64,000 nucleotides of DNA from Hypanus sabinus (lineage: Eukaryota): positions 25,420,001 to 25,484,000 of the forward strand of contig NC_082731.1 of the NCBI RefSeq assembly GCF_030144855.1. Direction: 5' to 3'. The position numbers and the translations under genes were made by a program. A model generated the notes under the pieces. The model did no database searches. It was not told where the DNA came from and saw only the letters and a list, made by a program, of their open reading frames with translations. Of this stretch, positions 10,700 to 24,954 are shown piece by piece (positions within the stretch are counted from its first letter, which is position 1; every line of letters starts with the position of its first letter).

Positions 10700-12300
10700 A
10701 ATACTGATACCTAACATCCAAAAGCTGGATTTAGTGCTACCTTTAGACTTTTTCATGAGGAACTGGTGATGTGGAGGCACATGGTTCTTCATATCGATAT
10801 GCATTACCACGGTTTTGAGTGATTTTCGCTCCAATATGATCTGATTTATCCAGGACTCTGGATTGGTTTCTTCCAGATTCGACGCATCTGATAATTACTC
10901 CAATGACTGCAATTTTTTTAGTTTTAACAGGTCGATTTATGAAAGCAGTCATTGTTATATGGAGAAGATAGGAGAAGGATGCCATCGCGCAACGGTAATG
11001 ACTGAGCGTCATATACACATGTGCGTACTAAACCTAACATTCTGCCCCTGTCCAAGGCGATGTTGTTTATAAAGAGTCGGATGAGACCTGGTACGTTAGA
11101 TTTGGAGCGGTTTTTCTTTCTTGCAGAAGCTTAGAAAATTTTCTGTTGAAGGTTGATCTGAAATCGAGAAATAGAGTCCTGACATATGTATCAGCAGAGT
11201 CGATATACACAAGCATGAACTGCACGGCAAGATTAACACTTCACCTACCGTGCCGTTGGATCTGTAGCGAATTACAGCGGATCTGGAAATTTTTGAGCTA
11301 TGAATTTAAGAGATGCCATCATCAGACTTTTCATAGACTACAATATGAATGACCTAAGAAAAAATGGCCTTTATCTATTGAGTCCAATGGTTGTTGATAT
11401 TTTTGGTGTTTTGAATATCAGCATATATCTGGAAACATCTGGACAGACAAAAAATCCTTGTCAATCCTTCTTGCTTGACTGAGAAAAGAACAAAATTGGC
11501 ATGGGTAATTGCTGATGATCTGTCTATGTGGGCAATGGAGTTTTCCTTGAAGTGTGATCTGTGTGCCGAACCTGCAGCGCAAATATTTAAAACGATTTGG
11601 GAGGCGAAGGAGATGCGGCGGGAAGGGCTATTCTTCTTGTCATTGGAAATGGTCAGTTGGCATTTCCGAACTGATGAATAGTCAGTTTGTGAAATCTGAG
11701 TTACACAGTTAACTGAATTTTGTTCTTCAGCAATTTGCTTTGTCTGCTCCAGCATGCACTGACGATTTTTAAACTCATTTTTATCTCAGCTTTTGTATAT
11801 TTCCTCCTCCACGGACGTAGCTGTCCATGTTCTTCTTTAAATCAGCATTTCACTTCTGAAGCTTGTGATTGATTACTTTGGGATTCAGGCAACTTCACAA
11901 AAGCTGATGTGGAAGGAACCGTACTGATGCAAAATCAGTTTGAAGGTTTTGTCAGTCAATGGAATTAAATCAGTCTCGTGGCACCTCTGTGACGACATCA
12001 AGCTTCCTTTATTTTCTACAAATTTATCAGCGGGGTTCACTCTTTGGAGTTTGAGTAAATGTGCCGGTATGAGATGAATTAGACTGTGGTCGGAATGTCG
12101 AAAGGAGCAAAGTTTTTGATATAATAAGCATCTTTAATCAGGCTGTAGCAATCGTCAGAAATGTTACCTTTTCGAAACACAATGAATGTGTGTGAAACTT
12201 CGGGAGTTCCAGTTTTAAGGCAGGGTCGTCAAAATCACCGACGATATAACAAAGCACAGTTGAATATAAGCAGCCTCAGTAACTCGTTCTGAAAGATTTT
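10700..12300 (-). mobile_element. Ancient Rex1/Babar-type LINE fossil (endonuclease end to RT start), cassette 1 copy
   Basis: The reverse strand near 12120-12180 gives FRKGNISDDCYSLIKDAY. The region aligns with 34300-35420, whose ORF 34773-35024 (CFDDTDWNIF...SFCEDAC...FNNK) is the typical linker. Confidence 0.65.
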
Positions 12301-14984
12301 GTTGGGCCTCGCGCACTTTTCTTTAGGAGAGAATTCAGACGCCAGCTAAAATAAATTTTAAAAAATTCCCAATGAAAATAAAGGTGCTTGCATTTCAGTA
12401 ATATTGATTCAATGTTAGCAGTATAAATATGCATAACAAGAGTTTCGTTTCTACAACCTGGATCAACGAAGCAGATCACGGCACTGCCCCGAGCCTTATT
12501 TGAGAATTCAGGACAAGATCAATTGCCAGTATCCATAAATCCGGTAGGCCTACAGCAGCCTTTGTCACAGAAACGGCCAGTCATGTATTCGTAAAGAAAT
12601 AAATTTGAGTAAGGAAGTACTTACCATTTGCTAAAGATAAAAATTTCTTGTTCCTCACTTTTGCTACATAACGGAAAACAGAAATTTTGCAAATAGTGTC
12701 TAGTAAAGACTTTCCTAAATTTGACAATTGTACGCAAGTAATAATTTAGTTATTTATATGTTTGGAATGATACACGACGGAGTGTGACTTTCCGGCCCTT
12801 CAAGCCGTGCTCCCAGAAATTCTGCAATTAACACTCGCCCAATAACAGGACAATTTTTAATAACAAATAATCGACCAAACTGTAGGTCTGTGCACTCCGT
12901 AATGAAGTACGAGTACCTCAAGGAAACCAAGACAGTCACTGGGTGAAAGTGCAAACTTCTTACAGACAGTGGCGTGAAATAAAGCATGTAGTGCAACTGC
13001 TTGTGCTATCCACCATGGCAGCGTACCCCACTACCTTTTCTAACTGTGTTAAAGGCCGTGAAGTGTGCGACCTGAGTGCAGGTGAGCAGAGGTTAAATAA
13101 ATCCGAAACTTGCATCAATTGGTCAGAACATCCAAGGTGTATCATATTTGTCGAAAGCACAGGAGCACGTCCCCTTAACATGTAGGCTGGAGAGAACCAT
13201 GAATAAAAGTAGTTGAGGAATGCTGAAAGGGGAGTCTTGAATATGTCTTATCCTGCGTGGACACTTCTCATCTGGAAGGAAAAGTCTGCAATCCTTTTGA
13301 ATTAGTGTCGAAAGAAAATAATAAATTAATTTTCTTTAACCTTAACGAAATTAGATCAGTAAACAATCTATTTGACAGTATTCTAGAAAGAAGATTAGAA
13401 GTCCTTCACATAGAGTAAATGAATAGTTGGGTTAGGTTCATATATTGGCTACTGCACTTTCCTGCAGAGGTAGATGTTCTGCCTCGGTTTTCTACGGAGT
13501 ACAGTAGAATACTGAACTTCAATGTTGCTGAGTGCATGTAATCTCTACCTGTTGGTTTGTTTCCCTCCCATATTAATAGATAAACAGCAGCGACACTAAT
13601 TCAACACGATTGCTTTGGTCAGATGGTAAGGTCTTTTCTCCATATTGCAAATGAGGAAGAAAAATTAACAGAAAAGTTAATAAGAAAACATGAGTGAGAG
13701 AGAAGAGACTGGGTATGAAAAAGGTAAGAGGAAAATTAACGTTTTAAGTGCCCTGGAACACACGAACATGATTTCAACGTTAAACGGTAGTGTATATAGG
13801 AGCATGGAAGGCACGGTTATGGAGGATATGGTCCGACTGCAGCCCAATGCAGCTAGGCAAAACAAAAGTCTAGACAAGTTCTGGGTGTACAGAATGGCAC
13901 GTTTCGTGCTGTACTTTCTTGATCGTACTATGATTAAAAGACAGAACTATAATATCTGTATTGATTGTGCTGGTGCAGAGCCTCGGCCCAAACGTTGACT
14001 ATCTCTGACGGGATGAATTCCATCAGCAATCTTTTTTTAATTTGTTTTTCTGCAAGTAAAAAGATGAGGAATGAAGGGTAGAGCACGAGGCGTAGACGAT
14101 TGCTTTACATGAGATTCGATGTCGAACTATTGAGATGAACAGCAGATATTGACTATTTCCAGAACATGGTCTCTCTTTGAACTCTGCTGTTGCTTGCAGG
14201 TAGGAGGTGGGAGCGCTCATGCTTTCCCAAAGAATGAATAGTGGAAAGTGGAGCAGGAGACTTGAAGCTGCTAATTGTGCCCGTCAGATGGCGTTGTGGT
14301 TCTTACATTATTTCTGACATTCATTCTTTGGGCTTTTGCTTCTGTTTCGAGAATACATGACGAGAGTAGGTATTTCATGCTGTATATTGCATACATGCTC
14401 CGATATGAAATAGAGCCAGTGAACCATTAGCTGGCAGGCAGCCGATCTGCAAGATGTGATGTTCCAGATGCCGTCCCCGGCTGATTTTTAGTCCAAAGGG
14501 TCATTAACTCCAGAGAATAGAAAGAACGGTGCAATATACGTTTTTCTAATACAGCAACAGATTCACATTTCTATTGAATCCCCCTATTCATTATGCCATA
14601 AAACAGAGGAAAAAAAAAACGACGTTTGCATGATGCATGGTTGTGCGGCCATAAGATAATCTGGATCAATCCAGCCAACGATTTTCTTTTTTTTTTCAGG
14701 CTTGCTGTTAAAATTATGTATATCAGGTAAAGCAGCTATATTGTATCATAAGAGGGCATTGTGCAGGGCGAACCATGTCACAATGGGTCATTGAAATATG
14801 TTCTGTACATTGAAATTAAAAATAAAGTTACTGTAATTCTGAAGTAAAGAAGAAATAGAAATATAGAAAGAAGATATTCATATTACGCAGCTCCATGAAA
14901 AAAAAACAATTTTAACATTACTGCTGTTTGCCAGATTGCTTTATTTTGTCACAATGATGACCAGAAGAAAAAGACTGAGGATAT

Positions 14985-15490
14985 ATTTCAATGCACTCAT
15001 AAACGAGATATATTAATAGATGGTCAACAACTACAAAACGGTGAAGATACTCAGCAGGCCAAGCAGCAAGGACGGTAAAGTGTACAGTCGATGTTTCGTG
15101 CCGAGTACATTCATCTGGATAGAAAGGAAATGAGGAGTCACAGTTAGAAAGTAGGAAGAGAGGGATAATAAACACAAGATGATATGTCATTCCAGGAAAT
15201 GGGTTGTGAAGTAGAGATCTGGGAAGTTGATTAGTGAAAGAGATACTTGGCTGGAGAAGGGGAAATCTAATAGAAGGGAACAGAAGACAAAGACATTGGA
15301 GAAGTCCGAAAGGGAGGTCATTGGCTGACAGGGATGCAATGTGAGAGAGGGACATTGGGGCGGGGAATAATGACAATCGGAGGGGGTGGTGGCGTTATCA
15401 GAAGTTGGAGAAATCGATGTTCCTGCCATCAGGTTGGAAGCACACAGACAGAATATAAGGTGTTTCTTCTCCAACTTGAGTGTGGTCTCA
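14985..15490 (-). mobile_element. Penelope-like element 3' fragment (GIY-YIG end and terminal repeat)
   Basis: ORF 15187-15474 starts EKKHLIF (EEQHLIF-like). A degenerate hammerhead lies at 15085-15120 on the minus strand. Confidence 0.72.
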
Positions 15491-16782
15491 TGGCGAGAGC
15501 AGATTCATTCCATGAGCCTTTCGCTATCAAGTGGCACTACATACCAGAACAAAATAGGTCATCGTAAATTACAAACATTGTTAATACCTGTCTATATTAC
15601 CACAATATGCTGGAATACTTGAAAAATCTGAGGAACTAGGTCAATAATATCATGTGCAGAATTAAATAACGTGCACGGTAATGGCTCCAAAATAAAGATA
15701 CGTATTAATAGAAACTCATACCAGAGTAATGAAATAAGAACGTCGAAATAGCAGAAGTGATTAGAAACACATAACTGAAATCTTAAGGGCAGTAACTGAG
15801 CAGTAAGAATCCACTTAATGAAGTGAAGAAAGGATATCCCAAGCAAGAAATTTAAGAGAAAATCAAATCAAATAGAAAGGAAATAAAAGGCCCATCGACG
15901 ATATAATCATTCTTACAAAAGCACAGTGAAGCTCATCGATACATTAAAAAAAAGCTTGGTGCATGCACTGTCAGACTAAGTTGATACATGAACTACATCA
16001 GACGAAGGAAAAATAATTATCGGATCAGTAGCAATAAAAAATGTCTTCATAGGGCATTGAATTTAACGCACCAACATGTCAAATACCACAGCATAGAATT
16101 ACCAATTTCCACCAAGATATTAACTTTCCATTTAATAATTGGTCAAACAGAGTTACGCACAAGCAAGAAGAAATCTGCATTGGAGAGAGAAAATAACGTA
16201 CACCTATGATTGAAGAAATGCAAATACCTAAAATTCTAATGGAAACGTTGAAATTGATTATTAAGAAGTACCCACAACTGGTGATGTACTGCAAGTGATA
16301 ATTTTGATAATTATTAGATTAAAAAATTACTTGCCTTCATACGTACGTATTGAAGCATATCATCATTTTTTTTAATCCTGAAGACGTACGTGATTTTGAC
16401 ATAATGTAAAACGTATATATTACTAAAAGAAAAAAAAATCATAAAAGATCCATCAAAATATCGTCCTATTATCTGCTCACAAAAATATATATAAAACTGT
16501 TACATTATTTACATCGCAGCGAATCACCAATCAATCAGTAAATCACAATATACTCATCGAAGAGCGGAAAGGATGCTCTAAGGCCACGGAACATTCAAAG
16601 ATAGACTGACGATAGGTTCCATGAAATTAAATCAAGGCCGGCGGAAAATCAAAGCTCTTTCTTGTTACTATCTTGAAAACCAACGTGATTTGACTCTGTC
16701 CCACACGTAAGGTGAATACATGTTTTGTGTGTGTGTTTGTACATATATATATAAGTATGTATGTATTGCTGTATTGGGTCTA

Positions 16783-16785
<3 letters not shown>

Positions 16786-16831
<46 letters not shown>
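16786..16831. repeat. (TA)n microsatellite
   Basis: About 22 consecutive TA units. Confidence 0.97.
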
Positions 16832-16834
<3 letters not shown>

Positions 16835-16934
16835 TATACACAATTGATATGAAATTAAGAATAGAGAACATAAAAGTTCACAGCACATTACAGGCATTTA
16901 ATGAATTACCGACCCTGCAACCTAGACTAGAAAC

Positions 16935-17345
16935 GGCCTAGAAATTCCCTAGCGCATAGCCTTCTATTTTGCTCAGGTCACCTCTCATCCTCTTTTGTTC
17001 CATGGAAAAAAGTCCAAGTATGCTCAACCTATTCTCAAAAGGTACACCCTGCAAAGCAGACAGAATACCATTAAATCTCCCCTGAATTCACACGATGCTA
17101 TCCACATCCACTCTCTGGTGAGGTATCCAGAATTGAACGTCGTACAGCATGTGGGAACTGACCAATGTTGTATATAGCTTTAACATTGCCTCATGGCTCT
17201 TGAACTCATAACCACGGATGATGAATGCCAACACACCAGACGCCTTCTTACCTACGTTATCAATCTGCGAGTTGAGTGCCCGATCGACACGGCCCAAGAT
17301 TTTTGACATCCTGCACACTGCCAAGAGTTTTAACAACTCCCGTAA
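16935..17345 (-). mobile_element. CR1 LINE fragment
   Basis: ORF 17088-17372 (KKASGVLAFIIRGYEFKS...LYTTLV...YDVQFWIPH). Confidence 0.82.
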
Positions 17346-18179
17346 AACTGACGATATATCGGCACTCTGCAATTACATCAGAAAAAAAAGAACAATTACC
17401 TTTTTCACAATAAAGTTTAATACCAATTTTAAGCCTAATTTAATCCCAATGTCTAATTATTCGATTTGGAGGAAAATCGAGCATCAAATCAGAAACAAAT
17501 CAAGTATGAGCTGCACCTTAAATCTCCTTATATACAGTAATTTTAAAGTATGAACTTTGGACTTTATACATGCTGGACATTAACCGTAAAGGAAGGTGCA
17601 ATAGAGCGAATAGAATACAAAACAGAGCTATATAAAATCAGGATATTTAAAAACAGGATATAATAAAATCGATGATGGCCATGGACCTTATAATCATCTA
17701 TAATATCGACCAGCAACAACAGTAGCTCACAGCGAATGAAAAAACAGTCACTTTTAACAGAATTTACATCAGGTTTAAGAAAGTCTGCTAAACAGAGCAT
17801 AACAGTGAAAATATAACAAATGTTATTAACACTTTACCTATAACTATATTAATGTATTATTTTGGCATATTATCTTCGTTGTAAACTGATGTGAAGTATT
17901 TACAAAAAGAAAATAATGGAAATGGCAGATTTTAAAAACATAATTATGTGCCTGCAGATGCTCTTAGATTAGCACTACATGGAACAGAAGGAGGAAGTAG
18001 AACAAAAAAAAATGAAAATATGAAAAAACCTTAGTTTCTAAGAATATTATTTCATTAGGACAACAGGAATTATTATTTCACCCAAACGTATCTAATTCTA
18101 ATACGTAGTATACACCACTGAACTTAAATGACAGCACAATCCAGAAGACGAAAAGAATAGAAATACAAAAATAGGAAGT

Positions 18180-20400
18180 GGAAAACTTACAGCACAATAC
18201 AGGCTCTTTGGCCAACAATGCTGTGCTGAATATGTCCTTAGAAATTACCTATGGATTCCGATGACCATCTATTTTTCGAAGCTTCATGTATCTATCTAAG
18301 AGTCCCTTAAAAGACCCGATTATAACTGCATTCCGGTCGCCAAAGCGACAAACTCACCACCCTCTGAGTAAATAACTTATCCAACAGCTTCGCTGTACCC
18401 ACTTCCAAGTATGATAAAGCTCTGCCCTCTGCTGTTGTCATTTCATACCCTGGAAAATTTTCACTCTATCAACCCCTCACACATCTTATACACCTCTATC
18501 AGCTCATCTTTCAGCCTCCGTCATTCCAAGGAGAAAAGTCAGTTACGTATTCAGGCAATAATAAATATATGAGTTCGGCAAGGGTTTCTTATAACAAACA
18601 ACACGTTTATTAAAGACAGAAAACAACTCCCCCCCCCAAAAAGTAAACAAACACTACCGTAACCAGATAAAACTGCTGAGCGGCAGCCCAAACAGTTCTT
18701 AAAAAGATATTCCAAAAACAGTTCTTAAAGTGATATTCCAAAAACAGTTCTTAAAAGTGGTATTGCCGAAAGTTCGATATGCTCACAGTCCATTTAAAAG
18801 GAGAGACTTTATTGGACGATTTAAATTCTCTTTCACGTCGCTTGCTTCGATCCCCGACGTCGAACTTCCCACGAAGAATTCACGAAACAGAACGGCTTAA
18901 AGGCACTGACTTTTCCTTTTCCACTACCTTCAATCCTTTCTAGTTAAACCTAGGGATTAACACGAAGATAGTCAACGAAATCCTTCCAAATAAGGATCAA
19001 ACAAAGGTCGCCCCCGTTTCACCGTAGAAAGCGATTCTCCTCGATCCTTAACTTCCAACTTCCAATCTTCACTCTCCACTAATTTCGAACTAACAGAATC
19101 ATAAAGAACCTGCTGGCAATGACCTCTTAAACTTTAGGCATTAAATAAAAACTTCATCCTTCAACTAAACTGCGTCATCACTTAAAAGACGCAGTGGCAT
19201 GAAGTCAACCTGGCAAATCCAGCCACGAACTGCCCCTCCTCACAGGGTGGGGTCTACCTTATATAACCTGTAAAAAAAGCCCTCAAATGATCTCTACTGG
19301 TGGGAAAATGACGTCACCACCATCTCAAGACCATCACCTCAAGACCAGTACAGCTTCAACCCCAGTCACATGACAAGGGCACCACTGTCGTGTGTCACGA
19401 GTACGTAACAAGTCCAAATTCACTCGACCTATTCTCTTAAGGCAAGATCCACAATCCAGGCAACATCCTTTAAATATCTTGTGCACTCTTCCTAATATTT
19501 CCTTATCCTCCTGTAAAGACTTCACAAAAAAAAAACTGAGCACACTACTCCAAGTGAGGTCTGACCAGTGTCCTATATAGCTGTAATATTAGCGCTCCGC
19601 TCTTGAACACAGTCACTCGGTTCATGAAGGCCAATACACCGTATGCCTTTTAAACCAGACAATCAAGGTGCTTTGAGTCTCCTAAAGACTCGGAATCCAG
19701 GGTATCTCTGGTGCCTACACACTGCCAAGTGTCTTACCATTCAACCTACATCCAACCATCATATTTGACCTACCAAAATGAACCACCTCACACTTATTTG
19801 TGGTGAAATCCATCTGTCACTTCTCAACCCTGTTTTGCATCCAATCGATGTCCCGCTGTAACCACTAACAGCCCGCCACCATATCCAGAACACCCACAAC
19901 CTTGTGTCATCTTCAAATTTACTAAACCATCCCTCCACTTTCTCGTTAAGGTCAATCATAGAAAAATCACGAACAGAAGGGGTTGCAGAACTGATCCCTG
20001 AGGCAAACCACTGTTGACGAACTCCATGATGTATATGCTCCGACTACAGCCATTCTTTCCCATCTGAGAGCAAGCCAATTCGGAATCTCAAAGCAAGGCC
20101 TGTGATATCCCTGCTTGCTTACTTTCTCAGTAAGCCTTGCTTACTGTATCTTATCAATTGACTTGCGGAAATTAATAAACACTTCATCTACAGCTCTACC
20201 GTCATCAAAGTGCTTTGTCATCCTTCACAAAAATAATTAAGCACGTAAGGCACGACTTGCCTTTGATAAAGCAATGCTGACTATTCCTAATAATAAGTTT
20301 AGGAACATGCCTCTCCAAATGTTAATAAATCCTGTCTCTGGATCTTATCCATCAATGTACCAACGAAATAAGTCTCGCTGGTCTATTATTTCCGCGGTTA
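18180..20400 (-). mobile_element. CR1 LINE 3' half, split by a solo LTR
   Basis: ORF 19759-19959 (WFSKFEDDTR) and ORF 19334-19543. The host sequence rejoins across 18540/19411. Confidence 0.75.
18541..19410 (-). mobile_element. Solo LTR (Gypsy-like), 870 bp
   Basis: Inverted ends (A)GTTACGTA...TACGTAACA and a 4-bp TSD AGTC (18537-18540, 19411-19414). On the minus strand there is TATA at about 19259-19266 and AATAAA at 18606-18611. An internal about 26-nt tandem repeat lies at about 18690-18765. Confidence 0.8.
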
Positions 20401-20409
20401 TCTATACTC

Positions 20410-20735
20410 ACGTTTTTGAATAAGGGATATTATAGAGGTGTACAAGCTATGAAGAGGAATAGATAGAGTGGATAGCCAGCGCCTCTTTCCCAGGCACCAC
20501 TGCACAGTACAAAAGGATATGGCTTTAAGGGAAAGGGAGGGAAGTTCAATGGGGATATTAGAGGAAGGTTTTTTACTCAGAGAGTGGCTGTTGCGTGGAA
20601 TGCACTGCCTAAGTCGGTGGTGGAGGCAGATACACATTTGAAATTTAACAGAGTACTAGACACTGATATGGAGGAATTTAAGTTGGGGATTTATGTGGGA
20701 AGGCAGGGATTAAGGTTCGGCACAACATTGTGGGC
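20410..20735 (+). mobile_element. CR1 LINE 3' fragment
   Basis: DIIEVYKAMKRNR...FFTQRVAVAWNALP-like CR1 tail. Confidence 0.75.
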
Positions 20736-20779
20736 TTAATATCTACATTCTTAATATCTTAATATTCGTTCTTAATATC

Positions 20780-22620
20780 TACATGATCAAGCTTTCGGCC
20801 ATGATTTTTTTTTCTTCATAGTGAATACGGATGGACGTACACATTAAATACCTCTACTATCTCCCCCGATTTCATGCACACTGTTCCACTGTCACACTTG
20901 ATTGTTCCTTTTCTCACGTGTCTTATCTTCTTGTTTTTCATATAGTGGTAGATTATCTTGAGGTTTTCCCTAAACCTGTCCGCCAAGTCCTTCTCAGGGC
21001 CCATTCTCGCTCTCCTGAATTCCTATACTCCTCCCTGCTAGACTTTTAACCCTCTAGATCTCCATCACTATCTAGCGTTTCTGACACTTTTGAAGTTATT
21101 CTGTTCTTCTTGACGAGATTTACAGTAGTCTTTGTACACCACAGTTCCTGTATCTTACCTGTCTCATTTGAACGCACCTATGCAAAATTACACGGAATTA
21201 ATCCCTGAACATTTGCCACATTTCTTCCACATATTTCCCTGAGAAGACTTGCTCCCGATTTAAGCTTCCAAACTCCTGCCTGTAATCCTCATATCTCCTT
21301 ACTCCAATTAAACACTTTTCCTAACTTGTCTCTTCCTATCCCTCTCCAATATTGTGGTAAAGGAAATAGAACTATAATGATAATCTCTGAACTGCTCTGG
21401 CACTGAGAGATCTGACACATGTCCAGTTTCATTTCAGATATTAATACCAGATCAGGATCCACTTCTCCTCTTAGATCTTTCCAGACTAGGTCACCATATC
21501 TGCTACTTCATATTCCTGTTACTATTGAGAGGTCTATAAAAAAGGGGAAAAAAAAACAACTCCCGGAAGAGTATTGCCCCTTTCCTGTTCCTAACCTCCA
21601 CTCACAGAGACTCCGTAGACAATCCTTCCAAGTCTTCCTCCTTTTCTTCAGACGTGATTCAATTTCTGATCAACAGTGCCACATCCCCACCACTTTTGCA
21701 ATCTTCACTGTCCTTTCTGAAACATCTAAAGCTGGCACTCGAAATAACTATTCGTATCCCTGAGCCATCCAAGTCTCTGTATTGGCTAGATCATCATAGC
21801 TCCAAATATCGATCCACTCACTCTCAACCGCTTTGTTTATAATATTCCAAGCAATAAAATAGCTCAGACTCAAACCATCAGTCTGAGCGCGTCTCATTTC
21901 CATCACCTGCGTAACCTTACTCTCACACTGCTTCCAAGCTTTCTCTATTTGTAAGATAACCGCCCCTTCCTCTGTCTCTTCAGCTTGGGTCCCACCTTAC
22001 AGAAATCCTCATTCGGTCTCTCGCCAACAGCTTTCCAAGCGACAGGATGTTGGTCCCTCTGGGTTTCAAAGTACACCTCGCTATTTTTGTACAGGTCAAT
22101 CCTGCCGCAAAACATGTCCAAATCTTCCAGAATTCTGAATCCCTGCCCCTATGCGTCAATCCCTGAGTTACGCATTTATCCTCCAAATCATTCTATTTCT
22201 ATACTCACTGTCACGTGTCACTGGCAGTAACTCCCAAATGACTACATTCTTGGTCCTGCAAGTCAACTTCCTTCCTAACTTCCCGTAGTCAGTTTTCAAG
22301 ACCTCCGTTTTTCCTGCCTATGTCGTTGGTACCAATATGCACCATGACCTCTGGTTCCTCTGCTTCCCAATACAGTATATCGTCGACGAGATCAGAAGCA
22401 ACTCAGACCCTGGCACCTGCGAGGCCATCTACCATCCGTGCTTCCATCCTGAGTCCTCAGAATCGCCTTCCTGATCCTTAACCTCCCCCCCCCCAGCTAT
22501 AGTGCCCGCTATCATTGCTCCCATTCTCTTCCTATCACTACCCTTCTGAGCCACAGTGCCAGTGTCAGTCCCAGAGGAGTGGTCACTGTTGCTTCCCCTG
22601 TGGATGAACAACAGAAGTTT
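20780..22620 (-). mobile_element. CR1 LINE 5' portion (ORF1 and endonuclease), decayed
   Basis: Collinear similarity to the CR1 at 27700-29700, including VPTT/CACCATGAC at about 22330 and a KIIYHYMKNKK-like ORF 20816-21004. Confidence 0.65.
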
Positions 22621-22789
22621 GCAGAATAAAAAAGATGCAATTTAAAGACGATCAGATATGAAGAGAGTACGCATTGTCCCATTATTAATATCTCCAAATA
22701 ATATAGTTTCGTGGCAAGAAAAATAGTATTAATCAATGAATCCTACACAGCCAAATGTATGGAAATCGGTAGAAAGTCATGATGCGAAC

Positions 22790-23520
22790 CACCACCAGAA
22801 TAATCTGGTGCCACCTAAGGATGTGTAGTCAGCTCCCTGCTGTACTCACTGCACACCCATGATTGTGTAGCCAAGTTTCCATCGAACTCAATATATAAGA
22901 TTGCTGATGACACCACAATTGTAGGCCGTATCTTGGGTAATGATGAGTCTGAGTACAGAGAGGAAATTAGGAAGCTGGTGGCATGGTGCGAAAACAATAA
23001 CCTATCCCTCAAATTCAGCAAGACAATGGAATTGACTGTTGAATTCAGAAGGAGTAGCGGACCGCATAACCCCATCTGCATCGGTGGTGCGCAGCTGGAT
23101 CAGGTCAAAATCTTTATGTTCCTCTGGGTGGATACCACAAAAGACATGACTTTGTCTACTTCCTGAGAAAGTTGAAGAAATTTGGCCTATCCCCTAAAAC
23201 ACTCGCTAATATTAATCGGTGTCCTGTAGAAGACATTCTTCAAGGGTTCATCACAACCTGATCTGTAAGCTGACCTGTCCAAGACCGGAAGAAGCTGCCG
23301 AAGATCGTGAACACAGCCCAGCACATCACACAAACCAATCTTCCATCCTTGGACTCACTTTACACCGTACGCTGTCGGAGCAGTGCTGTCAGGATAACCA
23401 AGGACACGATCCACTCTGCCTACACACTTTTTGTCCCTCTTCTCTCGGGAAAAGATTCACGAGCATGAAGCTCGTACGGCCAGATTTCGGAACTGCTTCT
23501 TTCCGATTGTCAAATGGTCA
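22790..23520 (+). mobile_element. Rex1/Babar-type LINE RT and 3' fragment
   Basis: LLYSLHTHDCVAKFPSNSIYKIADDTTIVGRILGNDESEYREEIRKLVAWCENNNLSL (about 22836-22999). Confidence 0.9.
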
Positions 23521-23555
23521 TAAATAAGTAAATACAGGCGCACCGAGACCCGTAA

Positions 23556-23620
23556 ATAGGTAGATAGATAGATAGTTAGATAGCTAGATAGATAGATAAA
23601 TAGATAGATAGATAGACAGA
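23556..23620 (+). repeat. (GATA)n microsatellite
   Basis: Runs of gata/gaca. Confidence 0.88.
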
Positions 23621-23639
23621 TTAATTAACAACTACAGCA

Positions 23640-24330
23640 CGAGTTGAATAGCACTTTAAACTGAGTAAGTAGATTTTGTGCACAGCTCTGTGATGAAGCC
23701 AGTGACATTGAGTGATGTATTCTCGTATGATTCATGACCTGCTGTTTCTGGCTGTGATAGCTGTTCCTGAAGATAGTACTGTGTGTCCATAGGAGTCTCT
23801 ACGATTTACCTGATATCAACAGCGAGAGAGAAGGGCAGGCCAAAGTGCTGATGGATGCTGATTTCCTCCAACAGCCCTCCGAGTAAATGTGCTGAATGAT
23901 CGGGAAGAATATCCCCAAGATTGACAGGGTCGTATCCATGCCTTTGATTTAGAATTTTCCGTCCACAGGTGTTATGGTTTCTAGAGCGGTTAGTGAAATA
24001 ACCAGTTAGTATACCTTCCTCCACATATCCATAGAGATTTGTCAAAGTCTTAAATGTCATCGCAAATCTTCGCAAACATCGAAGGAAAGCGCTGTCCTGC
24101 TTTCATCGTAAAAACACGAGGACGGATCCTTCGAATTAATAAGAATGAGAAATTGTCAGTAGCCGAATCCCCATCCCCACCAGCTCAGATAGGGACGGAC
24201 AAATAGCCTTCTGTTTATCACCTGCTAAAGTTAATTACCAGATCCTTGATCCTGCTGACATTCAGTGACAGGTTGTTGTTGATGCACTATTCAGCCAGGT
24301 TTTCAATTTCCCTCTTATGTGCTAACTCGT
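23640..24330 (-). mobile_element. Rex1/Babar-type LINE 3' fragment (same subfamily as 1980-2600)
   Basis: ORF 23806-24075 (MRRFAMTFKTLTNLYGYVEEGILTGYFT) parallels ORF 2288-2572. Confidence 0.72.
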
Positions 24331-24954
24331 TTCCAAAAAGCAAAGACAATGGTATCTCCAAGTTTTAAAAATTGCACTGTTACCTTGCCTAGCTGCACTG
24401 CTGGATGTTGAAAGCAAGAAGGCCAGTGGGATTAGAAAACAGACTTGTGGTATACCTCTGCGGATGGAGAAACTCGAAGGGATGCTTTTAGCAACCCTAA
24501 CTGACTGAAGAAACCGAGGGACCAATTGCTCAAGGATGTACTGAGTGCAGGATCATTATTTTTATTGAGTAGTGCTCACAATTTAATAGCAATGAATATT
24601 GAGATGCAATCGATAAAAAGCATCCGGATGCATGGAGCTTTGCTATCTCATTGTTCCTGGATTGAATCAAGAGCCAGTGGACTGGAATCTTTTCTAGTTA
24701 AGTTATGTCAGTAGTCAAACAGGAGCGGACAGAAGGCAGGACTTAATATGTGTCATCATCAACCCATCAAAACATTTCACCATTCTGGATCTAAATCTTA
24801 CGGAACAATAGTCATTGAAGTAGATTAGTCTGTTCTTCGGAATCAGTATAATTCAAGGCTGTTTGTAGTAGTTTGGTACTTCTGACTGCCAAATCCAAAG
24901 GTTCACAATATCGGTGAACATTCAAGCCAGTTAATCAGAACACGTTATATATAT

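Larger units (their letters stand above)
15540..18170 (+). mobile_element. R4/Dong-like fossil, interrupted by (TA)n and a CR1 piece
   Basis: A-rich decayed coding strand with GGSR (GGRG-like) and YTPLNLN near 17990-18130. Segment 17700-17810 resembles 61630-61740. Confidence 0.45.

Noticed and set aside
11375-11755. Possible TRIM/coiled-coil host gene duplicated with the V cassette
   Set aside because: Neighbouring minus-strand frames carry Rex1-type LINE motifs (KGNISDDCYSLIKDAY, and CFDDTDW in the paralogue), with stops and no splice structure.
15922-15949. CACAGTG-12-ACATTAAAA as a D or J RSS
   Set aside because: The nonamer matches only 5/9 with a broken A-tract, it lies in a TE fossil, and there is no adjacent coding segment or partner RSS.
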